The notes under the pieces: model-generated
Told to the model about the DNA's origin: nothing
The model's database searches: none
What the model saw: the letters and a program-made list of their open reading frames with translations, nothing else
From: an uncultured Candidatus Saccharibacteria bacterium
GTDB taxonomy: Bacteria > Patescibacteriota > Minisyncoccia > Minisyncoccales > MHMH01
NCBI GenBank assembly: GCA_964568775.1
Contig: CAZMQW010000001.1
Coordinates: 719-64,718 of the forward strand
DNA: 64,000 bases
Reading direction: 5' to 3'
Made by a program: the position numbers and the translations under genes
Shown: positions 61,931 to 64,000 of the stretch, piece after piece
Position numbering within the stretch: position 1 is the stretch's first letter
How the letters are laid out: each line of letters opens with the position of its first letter

Positions 61931-63544
61931 TTATTCCAAAAACTTAAAAGTGGAAAGCATGTTATCCTTAGCCCCCAAAACTTCGCCTTTAAGCCAGCCG
62001 AAAGCGTCATAAAGGTCTCCCGTAGAAGGCCCTTTTTGCTCGTAGGCAATAAAATTTTCGTTTTCCAACACATAAGTGGCGAACATCCAAATTCCGCCTT
62101 CCGTTTCATCAAGATCCTCTCTCAGGGCCTCGCAAAATTGTTCCTTTTCCTCGTTCAAACGACAATACTCCTCAGGACAAACATAAAGGTGTATAAAGGT
62201 TTGCATTTCTGTGGGTTCTGTGGTCGAATAATATGGTGCTATGGCATGCGTTTTGAAAGAAACCACATCGCACCCCAAAGATGATTTCGTTTCCGTTATT
62301 TCGTAACCGACTTCCTCGAAAATGGGAGCTATTCGAAATTCAAAATTACCCGCTTCGCCCCTATAAACGGTCCAATTTGAAGAATCCATGACCAACGCCT
62401 CGAAATACTTCTTGCATTCTACGGATGGATCTGCCGCTTTATCGCAAATCGTCGGATCGTCTAATATAAGAGATACTTTGCTATAGCAAGCATCTCTCTC
62501 TTCAGAGTAATAAATTTTTCCGCAAATTAGCTCGTCTTCTAGCGTATAGGCCAAGTAGTAATAACAGGCGTCTCTACCTTCGGTTTCGGCAATATTTTCA
62601 CAAAAACTTTCGTCTTTCTTCTGATAAGCAAATTTTTTGTAACAAGAATTTTGTTCTTCGGCATCGGATAATTTACCGCAAACGGTTTCGTCATTCTTTT
62701 CAAGGGCGACATCTGCATAACAAGAAGGTCTTGATATGTCTAAAAGATGGACGGGAATCTTATCGCACAAGGTTTCATCTTTTTTTATGACAGCCAGAGC
62801 TTCGTAGCAATCGCTTTTATACAAATTGTCTTCAATATTTTCGCAATAAGCTTCGCTTGATTTTTCTTTGGCTAAATCTACATAGCATTGCCATTTCTCA
62901 TATGTGGATGTTATTTCATCGCAAAATTCAACTCCTTCCAGCACGCTTTCTTCTATAAACCTGAACGCAGAAAGTATCTGGTCGTAAATATCTTGAGGAA
63001 AGGTGCCAATACCGCTGCTATGCGCTTCTATTCTAAAAAGCAAATCCGGCTCTTTCTTAAATATTGTATTAAAACTGCCACTGCTTACGGCAGAGCTTGA
63101 AAATTGCAATACGGAAATATCATTGATCGTATTTTCTTCGATATCCTTAACGTCATAAAGCTGGTATGATTTTTCCGGACCAGGATCGTCAAATAAAGTG
63201 AAAGCTGTTCCATTTTCGTCCAACCATTGCTGGGCGGAAAGATCAGTTTCTATTATGTAAAGATACAGTGCCGGATTATGAATGTTCTGATTTTCCCATT
63301 GGTTATCTGTAAATCCGACAGCCAAAACGGTAGGTTTTTGAGTTGTAAATTCTTCGACAAAAAAATGGTCAGGATATTTTAACTCAAATCCGTATTTTTC
63401 GTTTGTGTATGTTTGCCAGCCAGCGTCTTCGTCTTGATTTTCTGACTTTTTCAAATTTTCCCAAGCAAAAAATCCCACAACAATTAAACCGATCAGAATG
63501 AAGATTATAACTGAAACCTTAATAGATTTTTTCATGAATTTCAT
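61931..63544 (-). CDS. secreted/anchored two-domain protein with central Cys-rich repeats
   Basis: 537 aa with an N-terminal TM/signal. Two domains each start W.(T/V)Y.(N/G)E..(G/N)FE(L/F) and end with the ILSAFRFIE / MLSTFKFLE strand. Between them are ~6 repeats of D(E/A)x-C-x9-12-D-x-CY. Confidence 0.7.
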   Translation of the reverse strand: MKFMKKSIKVSVIIFILIGLIVVGFFAWENLKKSENQDEDAGWQTYTNEKYGFELKYPDHFFVEEFTTQKPTVLAVGFTDNQWENQNIHNPALYLYIIETDLSAQQWLDENGTAFTLFDDPGPEKSYQLYDVKDIEENTINDISVLQFSSSAVSSGSFNTIFKKEPDLLFRIEAHSSGIGTFPQDIYDQILSAFRFIEESVLEGVEFCDEITSTYEKWQCYVDLAKEKSSEAYCENIEDNLYKSDCYEALAVIKKDETLCDKIPVHLLDISRPSCYADVALEKNDETVCGKLSDAEEQNSCYKKFAYQKKDESFCENIAETEGRDACYYYLAYTLEDELICGKIYYSEERDACYSKVSLILDDPTICDKAADPSVECKKYFEALVMDSSNWTVYRGEAGNFEFRIAPIFEEVGYEITETKSSLGCDVVSFKTHAIAPYYSTTEPTEMQTFIHLYVCPEEYCRLNEEKEQFCEALREDLDETEGGIWMFATYVLENENFIAYEQKGPSTGDLYDAFGWLKGEVLGAKDNMLSTFKFLE

Positions 63545-64000
63545 TCTATAAACTTAAAAGTGGAAAGCATTTTATTTATGGGTCTCTCCACATCCCTCGA
63601 GAAATCGAAGTTTCTACATTCGGTTTCGTATTGGGTGCCGCAATAAGGCCCGCAGCTTTTCCCACAGCCGTTCGTGACCCTGATTAGAAAATTTATGACA
63701 TAATATTTCAAGTCTTTTTCGGTCACATAACAATAGTGAAAATAGCTTGATCCCAACGCACCGTCCCTACCTTCGTATAGGGTGTAATCAATATCATTCA
63801 TTCTTATTTCGCTTTGGCCCTCCACGGAAAAACCGGGGCATCCCTTTTCTATGGGATCTTCCTCAACAACAACCGTTATCTGAGGCGGCCAAAAATGCGG
63901 ATTCCATACCTGCCCGCCGAAATCTTTCGGATACTTCATCTCAAACCCAGCCTCCTCGTTTCTGTAAATCTGCCAATCAGCGGTTTCACTAGTTGCTTGC
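63541..64000 (-). CDS. paralogous secreted protein, partial (N-terminus beyond window end)
   Basis: The frame stays open upstream of the track ATG to position 64000 (..ETADWQIYRNEEAGFEMKYPKDF..). It ends ..NKMLSTFKFIE and overlaps the downstream gene start by 4 nt. Confidence 0.65.
   Translation of the reverse strand, partial: QATSETADWQIYRNEEAGFEMKYPKDFGGQVWNPHFWPPQITVVVEEDPIEKGCPGFSVEGQSEIRMNDIDYTLYEGRDGALGSSYFHYCYVTEKDLKYYVINFLIRVTNGCGKSCGPYCGTQYETECRNFDFSRDVERPINKMLSTFKFIE

Noticed and set aside
61931-61960. C-terminal MLSTFKF(L/I)E as a novel protein-sorting signal.
   Set aside because: The same motif also occurs internally in the 537-aa protein (QILSAFRFIEE, around aa 195-205). It is not hydrophobic or TM-like. 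It is best explained as the last beta-strand of a repeated domain.
698-64000. An alternative genetic code (UGA recoding, as in some CPR lineages).
   Set aside because: TGA terminates several well-aligned genes exactly where expected (mreB paralog 2, infA, rplX). No conserved protein shows in-frame TGA.

Overview
This is a 64-kb, very gene-dense window with about 95% of genes on the minus strand. It comes from a small-genome bacterium with Candidate Phyla Radiation (Patescibacteria) hallmarks. S5 abuts L15 with no L30 gene. ProRS and AlaRS lack accessory domains. Core proteins carry lysine-rich tails, and there are many zinc-ribbon mini-proteins. The genetic code is standard (TGA is used as a stop). 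I saw no rRNA, CRISPR array or transposase.

Contents, left to right:
- 0.2-9.4 kb: a housekeeping operon (murA-mreB-holB-frr-rseP-proS-mreB-gatC-gatA).
- 11.3-37.8 kb: the str/S10/spc/alpha ribosomal super-cluster, broken by four insertions.
- 38.4-38.7 kb: rpmB plus tRNA-Pro(GGG).
- 41.4-49.8 kb: a 12-gene operon. It encodes a DUF134 regulator, three NifX-like domains, two MinD-ferredoxin ATPases, DUF5320/Gly-Arg-rich proteins, a CDF transporter fused to a NifX-like domain, a glutamate-synthase-like FMN protein, a thioredoxin-FTR fusion and a secreted-Trx/CcdA fusion.
- 50-52 kb: SPFH-family and membrane proteins.
- 52.3 kb: tRNA-Asn(GUU).
- 52.8-58.5 kb: rpoD-dnaG-mscS and a four-gene nucleotide 'house-cleaning' cluster (Nudix, MazG, NDT-like, Maf).
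- 58.5-61.4 kb: a repeat-rich non-coding region followed by a low-GC islet with a DUF3800 protein and a large serine recombinase.
- 61.9-64 kb: paralogous secreted Cys-repeat proteins.

The best candidate for an undescribed system is the 41.4-49.8 kb operon, which looks like metal or Fe-S cofactor handling plus a ferredoxin-driven thiol relay.

Other notable points:
- RpoA lacks the alpha-CTD.
- RpoD has a polybasic N-terminus.
- About eight -35/-10 promoters sit 6-11 nt from the start codon, implying leaderless operon starts.
- rpsJ is transcriptionally separated from rplC.

All calls were made by eye from the sequence and translations. No database search was run.
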